From Takakia lepidozioides (lineage: Eukaryota; Plantae; Bryophyta): a stretch of DNA of 64,000 nucleotides. The notes beneath the pieces are model-generated. The model did not search any database and was not told where the DNA came from. It saw only the letters and a list, made by a program, of their open reading frames with translations. The stretch covers positions 25,606,001 to 25,670,000 of the forward strand of contig CM060732.1 in assembly GCA_030704615.1 (NCBI GenBank), in the 5' to 3' direction. The position numbers were made by a program, and so were the translations under genes. Shown one piece after another: positions 37,930 to 49,972 of the stretch. Numbering within the stretch: the stretch's first letter is position 1; every line of letters starts with the position of its first letter.

Positions 37930-38910
37930 CACTCTGCGTTGCTCAGCCATAGCCAAGCTGATAATCCAGGTCAAGCAATTGAGATCCATTGCTTGCCCCA
38001 ACACCTGATGACATGATGCCTTAGAAAGAGACGGCACCGCCGTGGTACCAGTGGTAAAACCCATTGCCCGTTCACGTTCGTCAGCATTAGGCTCCACTAA
38101 CTGCTGCAACTGAGCATCCCACAGGAGGCCAGGTCCACTATCCCGGAAAGCATGTGATCCTGGGAAGCTGAGCAGTGTAGGTAATGCTGCTCATGGTTGA
38201 CCCACCTTGTTGACCACTGCCAAAGGCGAACGGTATGGTCTTCGTGTCTCACACGCTGAGACTGCCTCCTTGTGTCCAAAATGCTATCCATTGTGAGGTG
38301 TGCTGGCCACTGCACCCCATCAAATGCACGCTTGAGTAGTGTGGGTGGCATCAAGTTAGTCCACCATAGCCGTGGACGATGAGCCCGTGACCCCACTGTA
38401 GCTGCATCCAGCAATACCGCTGACCCAAGCCACGACCGGACTTGATGCACACTGGCCATCACCCTGGCCCGAGAATCGCCCATCAGTGGCACATTCTCCA
38501 AGATGTATGCTGGAGATACAGCTTGATGAAGCTGCAAGTGGCGCAAAACCCGCACCATCTCCCAAAACAGACCCGACCTCGAGTCTCGCAATCCATTGCC
38601 ATGCCCGGCTGATGAATGCCCTTAGCAGGGCCAACCTGCCACTACCAGATCAATGGAGCCAACCCGCTCCAAATCATGCGCCCCCAGCAACAAAATGTCT
38701 GCTGGCAAGGCTTACTGATATCCACGAGTTGCAGACACCGGCAACAACTCAGGGTACTGCTGCACCAACTGAGCAACATGGTTAAGTGAAACGTGTCGTG
38801 CAGTCTCATCCCTCTCCATATACAGGTAACACCGAACTCGCATACCTACCTATAACACAGCAGCCAATCCGGTGCTGATCCCGCCAAACAAGTCCAGAAG
38901 ACAAATGTCT
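37930..38910 (-). pseudogene. DNA (cytosine-5) methyltransferase domain, DNMT3-like, within the retrotransposon pol
   Basis: Motifs I LDLFGGI, II YMERD, IV DLVVAGWPC*GHSSAG, V DSRSGLF, VI ILENV, VII LDAA, VIII AHRPRLWWTN, IX EPNADERERAMGF and X VLGQAMD. In frame with the upstream protease, broken by TAG/TAA stops and a late frameshift. Confidence 0.92.
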
Positions 38911-40598
38911 TCATCCGGATACTGCCACACAATAGGTGTGGTGTCAAATGGAGACAACTGAGGTGGTCCTGGTGTATTCCCCGCACTGTCCTCCTCTCCT
39001 GATGGTAGAAAAGCCTCTACCCAGGCTTGTTGCACTGGTCGATCAGCAACCTGCTGCAAATCCTTGCTCGTGTCCCACAATGGAGTCTGAGCAATCATGG
39101 CAGACAACTCCGCCATACCATGCATGTCATCATGCTTTCCCGGATGTGACACATCCTCTGAATGAGCGTTGCCCTCAAGCAACTCTCCAGGCCAACTCAC
39201 TGCAGCTGTGAATGCTGCTAGTGTCGGCATCTTGCCTCGCTGGGCAACCGCAACTCCTCCTATGAATGTCACAGGGAGCTGCACATGCCGGCCCTCCCCT
39301 GACTGCCAGCCAGGCCTATAGGAAGCTGACTCCTCCCAAAAATCTAGGGTGAAGCCCATGGGGTACAACACTACCCCACCAACTAGGACATCATACGAGA
39401 CCGTGTCTGTCACAATGGCCTTGGCTCGCATCATTGAGCCATCTGTAGGGTGATCCGGCCGTAGTATGATAGCCAACTCACGCCGTGTCATGCCCCAAGC
39501 CTGTTCCAATCCTCCCAGAGACGTCTGTATCTGGAAAGGACAAGGCTCCATATCCGCCTCCGTGAGGCCCAAGCCTGCAATAGCAGCTCTGCCTAGCATC
39601 AATGGCTGAGCTCCCGAGTCCAACAAGACCCGCAGTGGCCGGTACCTCTTGCCTGTCGGTTCACTCAAATAGAAAATGTCATCCTGGTTGTCTAACATGA
39701 CAACTCCAGGTGTCACCATGGCGCGCTCAATGGCTGGCCTAGCTGGCAGCGCCATCAACCTGGCAGCTGCAGCTTGCCATGGCGCCGCCGTGGCAGTCTT
39801 GACCCTCAAATCCAAGGATCCCTCCAGCACTACACCTCCCACTATCTCCGCAGAAGATGAAGTAACCTCCCCACTCTCACAGAGTGTAGCTGCCAGCCTG
39901 AACACCTCAGTTGATCTTACCCCCGGCGTCGCAATCATGGTAGCCGAGAACAATGGAGCCTGACACACAGATGTGGACGCTCCCAGCAGCACACTAGTTG
40001 CCGTAGCCTCGGCAACACTAGGTAATGGTGCGCCCGTGTAGCTCTCCCCAATGGCATAGTAACCTCCGTCTCGGTAATAGTCGGGTGAGAACTAGGTGCC
40101 ATGGATGGCGTCGACACTATCTCCGCCAATGTGAATGACTGAGGAAGCCTGGCTTGACGGCTTGCTTCCCCACGCTGTGGATCCAACTCCACCTCTGCAC
40201 CTCGTGGCTCAGGAACTCGTGCTGCTCCTCGGGTCACGGCTGCAGCAGACTCCACCAGCACTAGTGGTAGTGCTGCTCCGCACATGAATCCCATGCCTCC
40301 CATATCTCCTCCCTCAGGAGCAGGAGGTGGACCATCCGGCCTTGGAGCCGGTACCACCTGAGCTGTAGCCGTGGCAGTGAGCCTTTGCTCTAGCTGCTGA
40401 AGCCGGTTGGCCATGCCTTGGTCAACACCCTGATCTCCGCGTGCTTGGCCATGTTGAGCTTGCCCTTGGCCTACACCTCGTGCCTGGCCACCTCGTCCTC
40501 TCTGGGCTGCCCCACCTCGCCTCCGGCCACCATTGTTCCCTTGGAACTGGCCTGGGCATAACTCAGGATGCAAACCATAACACTGGGCCTCTCCATGG
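38911..40598 (-). pseudogene. Gag C-terminus and aspartic protease of the nested Gypsy (inverted segment)
   Basis: HGEAQC knuckle half, an RG-rich tract, the protease active site RVLLDSGAQ and the closing motif YDVLVG. Confidence 0.85.
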
Positions 40599-43500
40599 TC
40601 TCTCTGCCTATCGAGACGGTACAGATAGTGAGTGGGGGCGAGCATGAGAGGACCACGGGGTGCAGGCATCCATGGCACACGTGGGAGGTGCTCGAGGTTC
40701 AGAGGGAGTTGGCAGCCAAGGTGACGGTGATTGATGAGATTGGGGATTTTTCTCGGGTGGAGGAAGTCCTTGAGGATGAGATGATGGGGCAGGATGAGGC
40801 CTTGTCACTGACTGAGCAGGTAGGGAGTACTGCTCAAGAGGTTGCAACATGGCAACCACTGGACGCGTCCTCTACCTCTAAGCCCACTGGACTTAAGGTT
40901 GCAGTTACGGAGAACAATTGGGAGCCTGACATTGGACCCATTGTCACCGGAGGAGAGAGACGACGTATACGGTAGTTCCTGGGGGCTTACAAGAATTGTT
41001 TTGCCTTCAGTTTGAAGGACTTGGGAGCACTGAAGGGTCAAGAGATTTGTATTGAGTTGGCCACTGACATGCCAATCTTTTGGAGACCCTATAGATATAG
41101 TGACATGGAGAGGTCTTTGATTCAGATGAGGACTCAAGATCTCTGGAGGCTGGTTTGGTGGAGCTCTCTGGTAGAGAGTATGCTTCAGTCACAGTGATGC
41201 CAGCCAAGAAGAATGTCTATGGCAATTGGACGGAGAGACGTATGTGCGGTGATTACCGGCCTGTAAATCGTTAGACCAAATCCGATAAGTATGCCATGCC
41301 AACACCACATGAGATCTTTGATGCCATCGGGCATGCTAAGGTCTTTAACACTTTGGATTTACGATCCGGATATCACCAGTTGCCGATCAAGGAGGCGGAT
41401 AAGCAGAAGACGACATTCTGGGGGATCAATGAGCACGGCAAGGATTGACTATATTAGTGGCGGTTCTTACCATTTGGGCTTAAGAATGCTCCTGCAGAGT
41501 TTCAGAGAGTCATGGATAGGATTCTAGCAGGGGTGGACTTTGCTCGGTGCTACATAGATGACATCATCATCTTTAGTGCTACGGTGGAGGAGCATGAGAG
41601 ACACCTTCAGGTGGTATTGGAGCGCTTGAGAGCGCACGGATTGAAGTTGCATCCGGGGAAGTGCAAGTTTTTCCACAACCAGATTGAGTATCTGGGTCAC
41701 ATAATATATCCTGGAGGATTGGGGGTACAGCAGACTAAGGTAGAGGCCATTGCACAAATTCCACGCCCCATGGATGTGAGCCGAGTTCGAGCTTTCATGG
41801 GGTTGACAAACTATTATAGACGGTTTGTCAAGGGATTTAGTGCCATTGCAAAGGCTCTAACCAAGCTGACCAAGGTGGACCATGAGTGGCAGTGGGAAGA
41901 TGAGCAGGAACGAGCTTTTCAAGAGCTCAAGGCGAGGTTGACCTCGGTGCCTATCCTGAGACGACCTATCAGGGGGCGTCCCTTTCAGCTGCATACGGAT
42001 TGGAGCATGCTGGGGCTTGGAGCGGTGCTCACACAGGTGGATGAGGGAAGAGAGTTCGTAGTGGCTTATGCTAGCCGCTCGAACAACGTTGCAGAGGCTA
42101 AGTACAACTCATATGAGGGAGAGTGATTAGCTGCAGTGTGGGCCGTGGCACACTTTCGGTGCTATCTATACGACAATCTCTTCACCTTTGTCATGGATCA
42201 CCAGCCACTCAAGTGGTTGATGGAGTCAGACAAGCTTACGGGGAAGCTTGCACAGTGGGCACTCATACTCTAGGAGTATGACTTTCAGGTTGTGCATCGA
42301 CCGGGTTTGGTCAATCGGAATGCGGATGGATTGAGTCGCAATCCATGCACAAGCCAGCTGGATGACACTGGAGCTCGGTGGCATGGTAAGACGGATGAGG
42401 AGATGGTGCCGGGATGGCATGCATCTGTCTTTTTGTGTATCTTGGCATCGGGAGGTCAGGTTGGACCTACAACAGGGATGACTGTAGACGGAGTGTCTGA
42501 GGACCCTGAGGCTAGTGATGAGCCAGGTGGTACCCGAGATATACATGAGGATTTGGCTGTGTTGGACTACCTCCGTACTCGATATACGGCAGCCACTGTG
42601 ACTGCCAATGAGAGGGATCGGATCCTGCAACGAGCCAAGAGGTTCAAGTGGGAGGGGATACACCTGCTCCGAGTATGGGAGGATGGTCGGGGGAGGATTG
42701 TGCCTCACCCCACACAACGTGCACGGTTAGTGCGGCATGCCTATAAGGAGTTGGGGCATTTTGGAGTGCGACGCACTCATAGTTTACTGCAGGGGCAGTA
42801 TTGGTGGCATGGTATGCATACAAAGGTGCAACAGTTCGTGGCTAGGTGCATGGTGTGTGACAGGGTGTGTGCTTCATTCAACGCCCCTACACCATAGTTG
42901 CATCCTTTACCAATCATGGGATTGGGCTACAGGTGGAGTCTTGACTTCGCAGGACCGTTGCCACTGACTATGCGCCACCACAATATGTGTTGGTGATGGT
43001 GGAGCACTTCTCCAAGTGGATTGAGTTGGTTCCATTGCCTGACAAGGCTAGTGAGGGGGCTGCGTATGCATTCTTGGATCGTGTGCTTAGCCGATTCGGT
43101 GCTCCAGCTGAGGTACTCACGGACCAAGGGAGAGAGTTCTTGGGGGAGTTTCAGGCTTTGTGTGATAAAGCCTTGATAGACCACCGCACCACTTCTTGGA
43201 ATCATCCTGAGGCCGATGGCTTGGGAAAGAGAGTTGTTCAGACGGTGAAGAGGGGTTTGCGCAAGTATGGCTTGCAAAAGGGACACCTAGGAGATTGGGA
43301 TCTTTAGGTGCCTTGGTTAGCCATGGGCTACAGCATCACTTGCCTCCTTCTCACCGTATTTCCTTCTCTTTGGCCGAGAGCCGGATTTGTCTGCAGCCAT
43401 TCGTAGGGACATTGCTCAAGTCCTTAACCTTGATGATCCGGACGTGTGGGTACGTGCATGTGGTCAGCGTGCAGAGTTGTTCAAGAAAGTCATGCCCATG

Positions 43501-43814
43501 GCTTTTGAGAACCTTGCCATTGCACAACATCGTGATACATTGAGGTATGCCACTATACGTGGTGGAGGATATTGTCTTGGGGTTCAGAGGTTTAGCCCTG
43601 GTGACTATGTTTATTTGTAGCAAACTGCTCCTACAACCCTGGATGTTATTGCAGGGCGTGTTATTCTAAGGGTTCGAGAGGTGTTGCCCTCAGGAGTCAT
43701 AATCCTGGAGGGTCGGGATGACATGACTTGGAAAGACCATGTGCATAATTGTGCGCCATGTCACCTTTCCAATGTCGATGGCAGAGTTGACCCAAACTTG
43801 GCAGTGGTACCTGC

Positions 43815-43930
43815 AGGTTTGAGGTGCATGCTCTGTGGGTCTGCCAAAGGGGCAGCCACCATGCTAGTGTGTGATCGATGCTCAAGAGGTTGGCATATGG
43901 GATGCTTGACACCACCTCTTGAGAGGGTTC
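43815..43930 (+). pseudogene. PHD finger at the integrase C-terminus (truncated)
   Basis: Reads CMLCGSAKGAATMLVCDRCSRGWHMGCLTPPLERV; the final WxCxxC is lost. Confidence 0.85.
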
Positions 43931-46900
43931 ATGATCCCAGGCTCAAGTTCACAGGTTGCAAGACGGCGACTAACGATGGGGCAACTCTTGCACCCGGCCT
44001 CTTGATTTATCGAGTTTGAGTGTAGGAGGGACAGTGGTGGAGGACTTAGTGAGGCTATGGTCACTATCACATCTTGTGGCTACCTAGACTTAGAGGGACC
44101 TAAGCACCAGCTAGGGGGGCGATTGTGTGGACTAGTGACTGCCATAGTGGGCAACATAGTGGCAGCCTAGTGACTGACTAGTTGTAGCCTAGTGGTTGGA
44201 CTAGTGGTGGACTAGTGATATACTAGTGTGTGGTGTGCACATGTGTTGTGTGGTTTTGGACAACGATGTAGTTGTGTAGCGATATGTATGCGCACGATAA
44301 ATGCCTTTTGGGCTTTGTAATGCCACATCAACCTTCTAGCGACTTATGGATGTTGTTTTGGGTAACCTGCGCTGGGAATGCGCACTTGTTTACATTGATG
44401 ACATAAATGTTTACTCTACAACCTTTGAAGCTCACTTGTTGGACTTGAAAAGAGTGATGTGCAGACTCAGAGCTGCAAGACTGAAGGTTAAAGCTAAGAA
44501 GTGCGATTTATGTATGGAGCATTTACAGTTTCTTGGCCATCTGCTGCCCGCTGCTGGCATCAGTCTTGACTCCAGCAAAATTCAAGCTGTCTGGGAGCAT
44601 CCTATCCCTAGAGACAAACAATGTGCCAAGGTTTTTCTTGGGTTGGGATCTTACTACTGTCGTTTCATTTTTCAATTTGCTAAAATTGCCGCATCTCTCA
44701 CTGGTTGTTGTCCAAGGATGTATGCTTTGTGTGGGGACAGCTGAAACTGTAGCCTTTGAAATACCGAAGATCGCTTTAATAACCTCTGCCCCTGTGTTAG
44801 CCTATCCTGATTTCACTAAGCCCTTTTCGCTGCAGACAGACGCCAGTGATCTTGCTATCTCTGCTGTTCTCAGTCAAGTCCATGATGGTCATGAGCATGC
44901 AGTGGCTTATGCTTCTAGCAAATTGGACAAACACGAACGTAACTACTCCATCACGGATAAAGAAGGGCTCGTTGTCATCTTTGATGTTAAATATTTTCGC
45001 CAATATCTTCATGGCTGCTCTTTTGTCATTGAAACAGACCATTTACCTTAAAAAACCTCGCTTACTCCTAAGGAACTCACTGGACGTTTGGCAAGATGGG
45101 CTCTGATTTTACATGGCTATGACTTCAAGATCTCTTATAAGCGCAGCAAAAACAATGTTAACGCTAATGCTCTGATTCGTGGGGAGACCAAAGCCTCTGA
45201 ACCTTACACCACTTCGGATGATCTTGTTCTCATTCCTCCCCACCTGCTTGACTTGTTTCTGATCCTCAGCAATTGTGCAATCTGTTGGATGTCCCTTATG
45301 TTCCTGCTGACCTGTTGGACACTTGGGATCTGATGCAGTTTGATGTTGAATGATTCTTTCTTAGGTGCTGGTTTGCTTAGAGGGGTGGTGACCAACGGGG
45401 CAGGTCTCACTGTGTCCCTGCATTTGCCAAGTCCATTCTTTTCCAGCTTTGCCTTGTCTTGATTCGTTGACCAAGGAACTGAGCCTTACCTTACAGCCTG
45501 CTTGCAACCTCATGGGCAGCCAACTGAAAAAAAAGTCAAGACTTTTTGAAAGGAAGACAATGGGGGCGGACACTTTCTATTCACCTGCACTAACATGCTG
45601 CTATGTGGCCATGAGTGTTGTAGGCATGGATGATCCACTCTACGCTGCTCTTCTCCACATGTGCAAAATTGGCACCCACCTTACTGGCATATCCAAGCTA
45701 CTCATGAGGCAAGTGAACTATCAAGCAAGGGCTGTGGGCCCTGGAGCGGTGGTGGATTTGATCTTAGACTGTGTACGACTGATGTCTTAAATTGTGTACA
45801 TAATGTGTTAAAAAAGTGTGATGAATGTGAAGCTTCATTGAGTCCTCTAGTGTAGATTCCGTCCTCTTAGGCAGGCCTGTTTTGCCGACTACATTCCCCA
45901 TTTCATAGCAGTCCCGGTAGAGGAAGGGGAATAATCCCCAGGGTGCCAGAATCAACTTCAATCATGTCTCACATCCCTTAAAATAAAAATATATTTTCTC
46001 ACCCTAGGGATAGTCATTTTGGGAAAAGTCAAATTTACTCACTTGGGCATTTAAGGGTTAACAAGGTTACCGATTGGTACTACAACAATAATGACCTTAG
46101 ACACATGACTGCCAATAAAACTTATCTTGCAATGCCCCAATTGTAGGCTGCAAAGTCTAACAAAAAGTAAATAGAAGAACGACATATTCGAATTCTAGTA
46201 AGCCTTCAAATACTTCAAAGGTTGTGTGCCTCGGGGCAAACACGCCAAAGGCGGTGAGGGATGCGCAACTTGAATTTTATCCATCCAAAAGAAATTGCAT
46301 ATTAAACTTATATCAAACAACTCACTGAGACAATACATTCATCCAAAATCATCGAATACCATTTTTTTTTAAGAGGCAATAAAGAAAATGTGATAACATA
46401 TAGTTTCTCACCTCACAATATTTAGTATGATTTCAACGTGTCTTTTCGACCAGTAAAACTTTAAGGCTTGGTGACAGGATTTGAAATGACTTGAAGATTG
46501 CATGGGCTTTGGGGACACCTTGTGGTGGTCTTCTACATCTCCATATGAGTTTTCGTACACAATGATATTTACATCTTCACTCATGTGCATGAAGTTTGAT
46601 CCAACATGAAGCATTGTGTCTATTAAGACAATGATCAAACTGATCTCCATGACCATAAAGTATGGCTAAGAATGTGCATATGTGAAAGCTAGTCAAAGAG
46701 TAACGAGGGGTCACTCCCACTTTTACGTTGAGAACAAATTTGTTTGTGCTTACGAAAATAAAGTTGTATGAAAATCAGAGACATATATGCATTCAAGCTT
46801 ATTCTTTGGGCGTTTGATTGATAAGACAGCCAGCTTTGGTTCATTTTGACTAGATGTATATACGTATGGGAAATCATCTAGCAACAATTTGAGGTAAACA

Positions 46901-46991
46901 ATGGTGCTTATACACATTGTGGAAACACTTGATTAGCTGATCATAGGAGCACGAAAAGCCAATACAACAGTTTCGTTAGAGGTGGACATCA

Positions 46992-47804
46992 ATGGGTCCC
47001 AAGAAAAAAGGTGGCAAAGGCAAAGGAAAGAAGGGGAAAAAAATAAAGCCTGACTCTGGCTGGGCAAAAACTATAAAATATGGAAAATGGGTCAGACCAT
47101 ATGAGAAACTTCCAGACATCATCACCTACCCCCAACTTGTTGAGGTTCGCGCAGAGATGCTACAAGCAGTCCAACATCTAGAAATGACGTGGAGTGAGAC
47201 ACTAAACGAAGCATTTTTACAAGAATTTTTTGCTATTCCTCGGCCCAATCTATTGAGATTGGATCTGCGGGGGACCAAGCTACTAAAAAGGTTCTCTTTA
47301 TCTCCATATGTCATTGCATCTGCCATGACCCACCTCGATCTTTCTTGTTGCCCTGTCTTGGAGTTTGTTCTCATTCAATGCACCACAGTGGAGTGGCTAA
47401 CACTAGCGAGGTGTAAGATGTTGAAAAAAGCTTTGATTGAGACAAAACAACTGAAAGAGCTCATAATGGACAATTGTGAAGAATTGGATACTTTAATGGT
47501 GTGGAGTGATCCGCTCACTGTCCTTACCTTATCGAAATCAAAGAAAATTAGGACATTGGAATTATATTGCCCCCTACTGGTTGACTTTGAGTGCCCCATT
47601 CTCCTCGTGATTGAGGAGCCCCGGGTGTATCATCCTACAATACTTCAAGTGCTCAAAACCGAAGAAAGAAAGAAGCCTGTACCACCAAAGGAGTTCGGCT
47701 TGCTTGACTGTCAACTGAAATCAGACACTACTAGTATATTTGACGATGAATGCTCTTACTCTAACCGATCTCTTACCCCACGAACTTTGCTACATGCATT
47801 TTAG
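46992..47804 (+). CDS. Intronless 270 aa protein with a Lys-rich N-terminus and leucine-rich repeats
   Basis: Intact ATG-to-stop frame. MGPKKKGGKGK.. followed by LxxLxL repeats (NLLRLDLRG, MTHLDLSCC, LKELIMDNC, IRTLELYCP). Confidence 0.75.
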   Translation: MGPKKKGGKGKGKKGKKIKPDSGWAKTIKYGKWVRPYEKLPDIITYPQLVEVRAEMLQAVQHLEMTWSETLNEAFLQEFFAIPRPNLLRLDLRGTKLLKRFSLSPYVIASAMTHLDLSCCPVLEFVLIQCTTVEWLTLARCKMLKKALIETKQLKELIMDNCEELDTLMVWSDPLTVLTLSKSKKIRTLELYCPLLVDFECPILLVIEEPRVYHPTILQVLKTEERKKPVPPKEFGLLDCQLKSDTTSIFDDECSYSNRSLTPRTLLHAF

Positions 47805-49269
47805 CCTCAAATCTCAACTGCATTATGTGTTCTTTCAAACTCCAGTCCGTTGTTTCTTTGGTTGGAGCAATGGCATGAATCGTTGCATATTTATGCCCGA
47901 AACAAATCTTGTGTTTTCAAACCCTTGCATTTTTGAATACTTTCAATGTTAAGTACAAAAATCCACTCTAAAATATCATTTGTTGATTTTGGTCGGTGCC
48001 GGCCACTGCCAATTGTCTCACCCTTTAGATAATAAATATACATACATCAGAAGTCCTAGTTGAAAACTACTATACAATCGATTCAATGTCTATTAGAGAT
48101 TGTTTATCATTGTTTTGTTTTTCATGCACATCCTTTTTCCTCAATTAGTGTGTATTTCAAGCTACCTCCCTTTCCACAACTCATTTTCAACAACAAAACG
48201 TGTATTGGCCTGTGGGTCTGGGGTTCAAATCTCTGTCATCCGTCTCTCTCTGCCTTCAGGCTCGGACACTATCCTTGTCATGCCTCCATGACTCAGAAAA
48301 TGGGTTTATTTTCCCCCACAAGGCTGAATTGTTGGGGTTGGTGTTTCTTTGGAAACAAAGATAAAATAAAATAAAATATTTTATATTTATTTACCATATA
48401 GTTATATTAAAAGATGACATGACTCATTCTCAAGGCACCATTTCATCCACTTTCTTAAATTTTAAAGAATGAATTTCTTAAATTTGTTTTTGGACAATGT
48501 TACATTATATATATAGATGTTGCCAGCTGGAGCTAGCATAAATACGAGCATCTTCCCTTTGCAGGTACTGCCCCTTTATATGTAATCCATGGAGTATGGG
48601 GTGCTTACAATGGAGAAGCAAGTGTGGCCATGTGTCCACTTTGAGGGGCTGTACTGTGTGGCATAATGTGCAATGCTCGTTAGGGTATAATAAAGGCCAG
48701 AATAGATTTCTTCTTTGATTACCCATGGATTGGCCGTATCGGAATCGTAGTGTTTGTCTGATTTGGGCATCAGTAAATATAGGAGAGATAGGTTTGAGGA
48801 TTTGATTGGTGAGGAGGTAGAGAGAGACCAAACTGTCCGTAAATAGGTAATATGTTGAGCTTATGGGTAGATTTTTTATGGCATCATGGATAGCCATGAG
48901 TTTTGCGGGTAAGATATTTTGGCATCCTAGTAGTCTTTTTTTGTATGACCTCAAGTTATCTTTAACATTTAATAAGTTCCATACCCTGCTTGCGCCTCTT
49001 GAGGGAGCCATCTGTATATATGCATTGTTGAGGTGGGAATATTAGAGGAGAGGGCGTTGCGAAGTCTGGGATCGGTAGTATATGTGTTGGTGGCAATAGT
49101 GCCCAGAGTGGTCTTGGGATCGCCAATTTCCATGCTTTGTCTAGGTTGACTCAAGGATATGTGCAGGGTGATGGGGTTGGTGAATATACCATGGTTGTGG
49201 GGCCAAATGTCAACTGTCTTAGTATTTGATCCAGTTGTCCAAGGAAGGTGGGTGTTATTTGTAGGCTAT

Positions 49270-49730
49270 TTGAGTGTTGTATATAAATAAGTTTTGTTAG
49301 TGATGGTTCTTTATATTGCATATAATTTGACAATGGTGGAGGGGAATCATAGATTAGCGACTGGGGGTCAAATGTTGCTAATCTATACACTCCAGGGGGG
49401 TTTGCCATCATAGGTTGTGTGCTATGGGTGTGGTTGTTGTTTGAGACGAGTAATATGGTGAATAAGTCTAGGGATGCATGAGCTGCCATGTGTGCCAAGT
49501 GAATTGCTTCACTGGTGGTAATGGCGTTCGGGAGGTGAGCAAAGCCATGTCATTGCCAGTGGTGGGATCTGGTTAAGCCTAAAGAGCCAAAGTATTGATC
49601 TGTTTCATATAGACTGGAACTGTAGCTTGAGAAACCAATTGGGCATGTGAGAAGATTGGAATAATATGAGTGTGTGAGTTTAAGTTTTGTGGTGAGAAAA
49701 TGTAGTGGTAGTGTTGCGTGGGAGTGTGCA
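49270..49730 (-). pseudogene. Putative PCIF1/CAPAM-like N6-adenine methyltransferase fold in LINE ORF2
   Basis: Reads HSYYSNLLTC..SYSSSLYETDQYFGSLG...W.*HGFAHLPN...FTILLV...TKLIYIQ. Collinear by eye with PCIF1 as recalled: FASPxN..YCS.F.DTDGYFGSxG...GSFEANPPF...SFIVF...AVLFLQ. Confidence 0.45.
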
Positions 49731-49972
49731 AGGGAGAGTTTGTTTATTGTTTTGGGGGTTTTTGGTAGTAGGTCTTGTGCATAGCACTGGAGAAGTTTCG
49801 ATACATGTAGTGCAAATATGACAAGGGGTATGCGGGTATTCATGGTACAATGGGTTCAAGTGAGACATTTCCCACAACCAGATTAGTCTTTGGAGCGTGA
49901 TGTGTCCAATATATGAGCCTAGTGGACCATATATATACGCCATGCTATTTGTGGGTATAGATAATAACTTAT

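Larger units (their letters stand above)
37419..44299 (+). mobile_element. Nested Ty3/Gypsy element: gag(CCHC)-protease-C5 DNA methyltransferase-RT-RNase H-integrase-PHD, with an internal inversion and deletions
   Basis: Starts TGTC and ends GATA (likely mutated GACA). AATG target duplication at 37415-18 and 44300-03 interrupts the host RT at ETM|PFG. Motifs: RT CYIDD, RNase H QLHTDWS, integrase GHFG..CMVCD, WSLDFAGP and VLTDQG. Confidence 0.9.
32707..45847 (+). mobile_element. Ty3/Gypsy LTR retrotransposon (host element): extra 5' ORF, gag, protease, dUTPase-like, RT, RNase H; integrase absent; exact ends unresolved
   Basis: Direct repeat 32707-32827 / 45723-45847 is interpreted as an LTR remnant. 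Gag lies at about 34000-35830 with CMICKYTDHYTRFC. RT runs [27 protein letters not shown]...GMYQFETM|PFGLCNA..LVYIDD, and RNase H FSLQTDASD..VAYAS..LARWAL. Confidence 0.88.
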
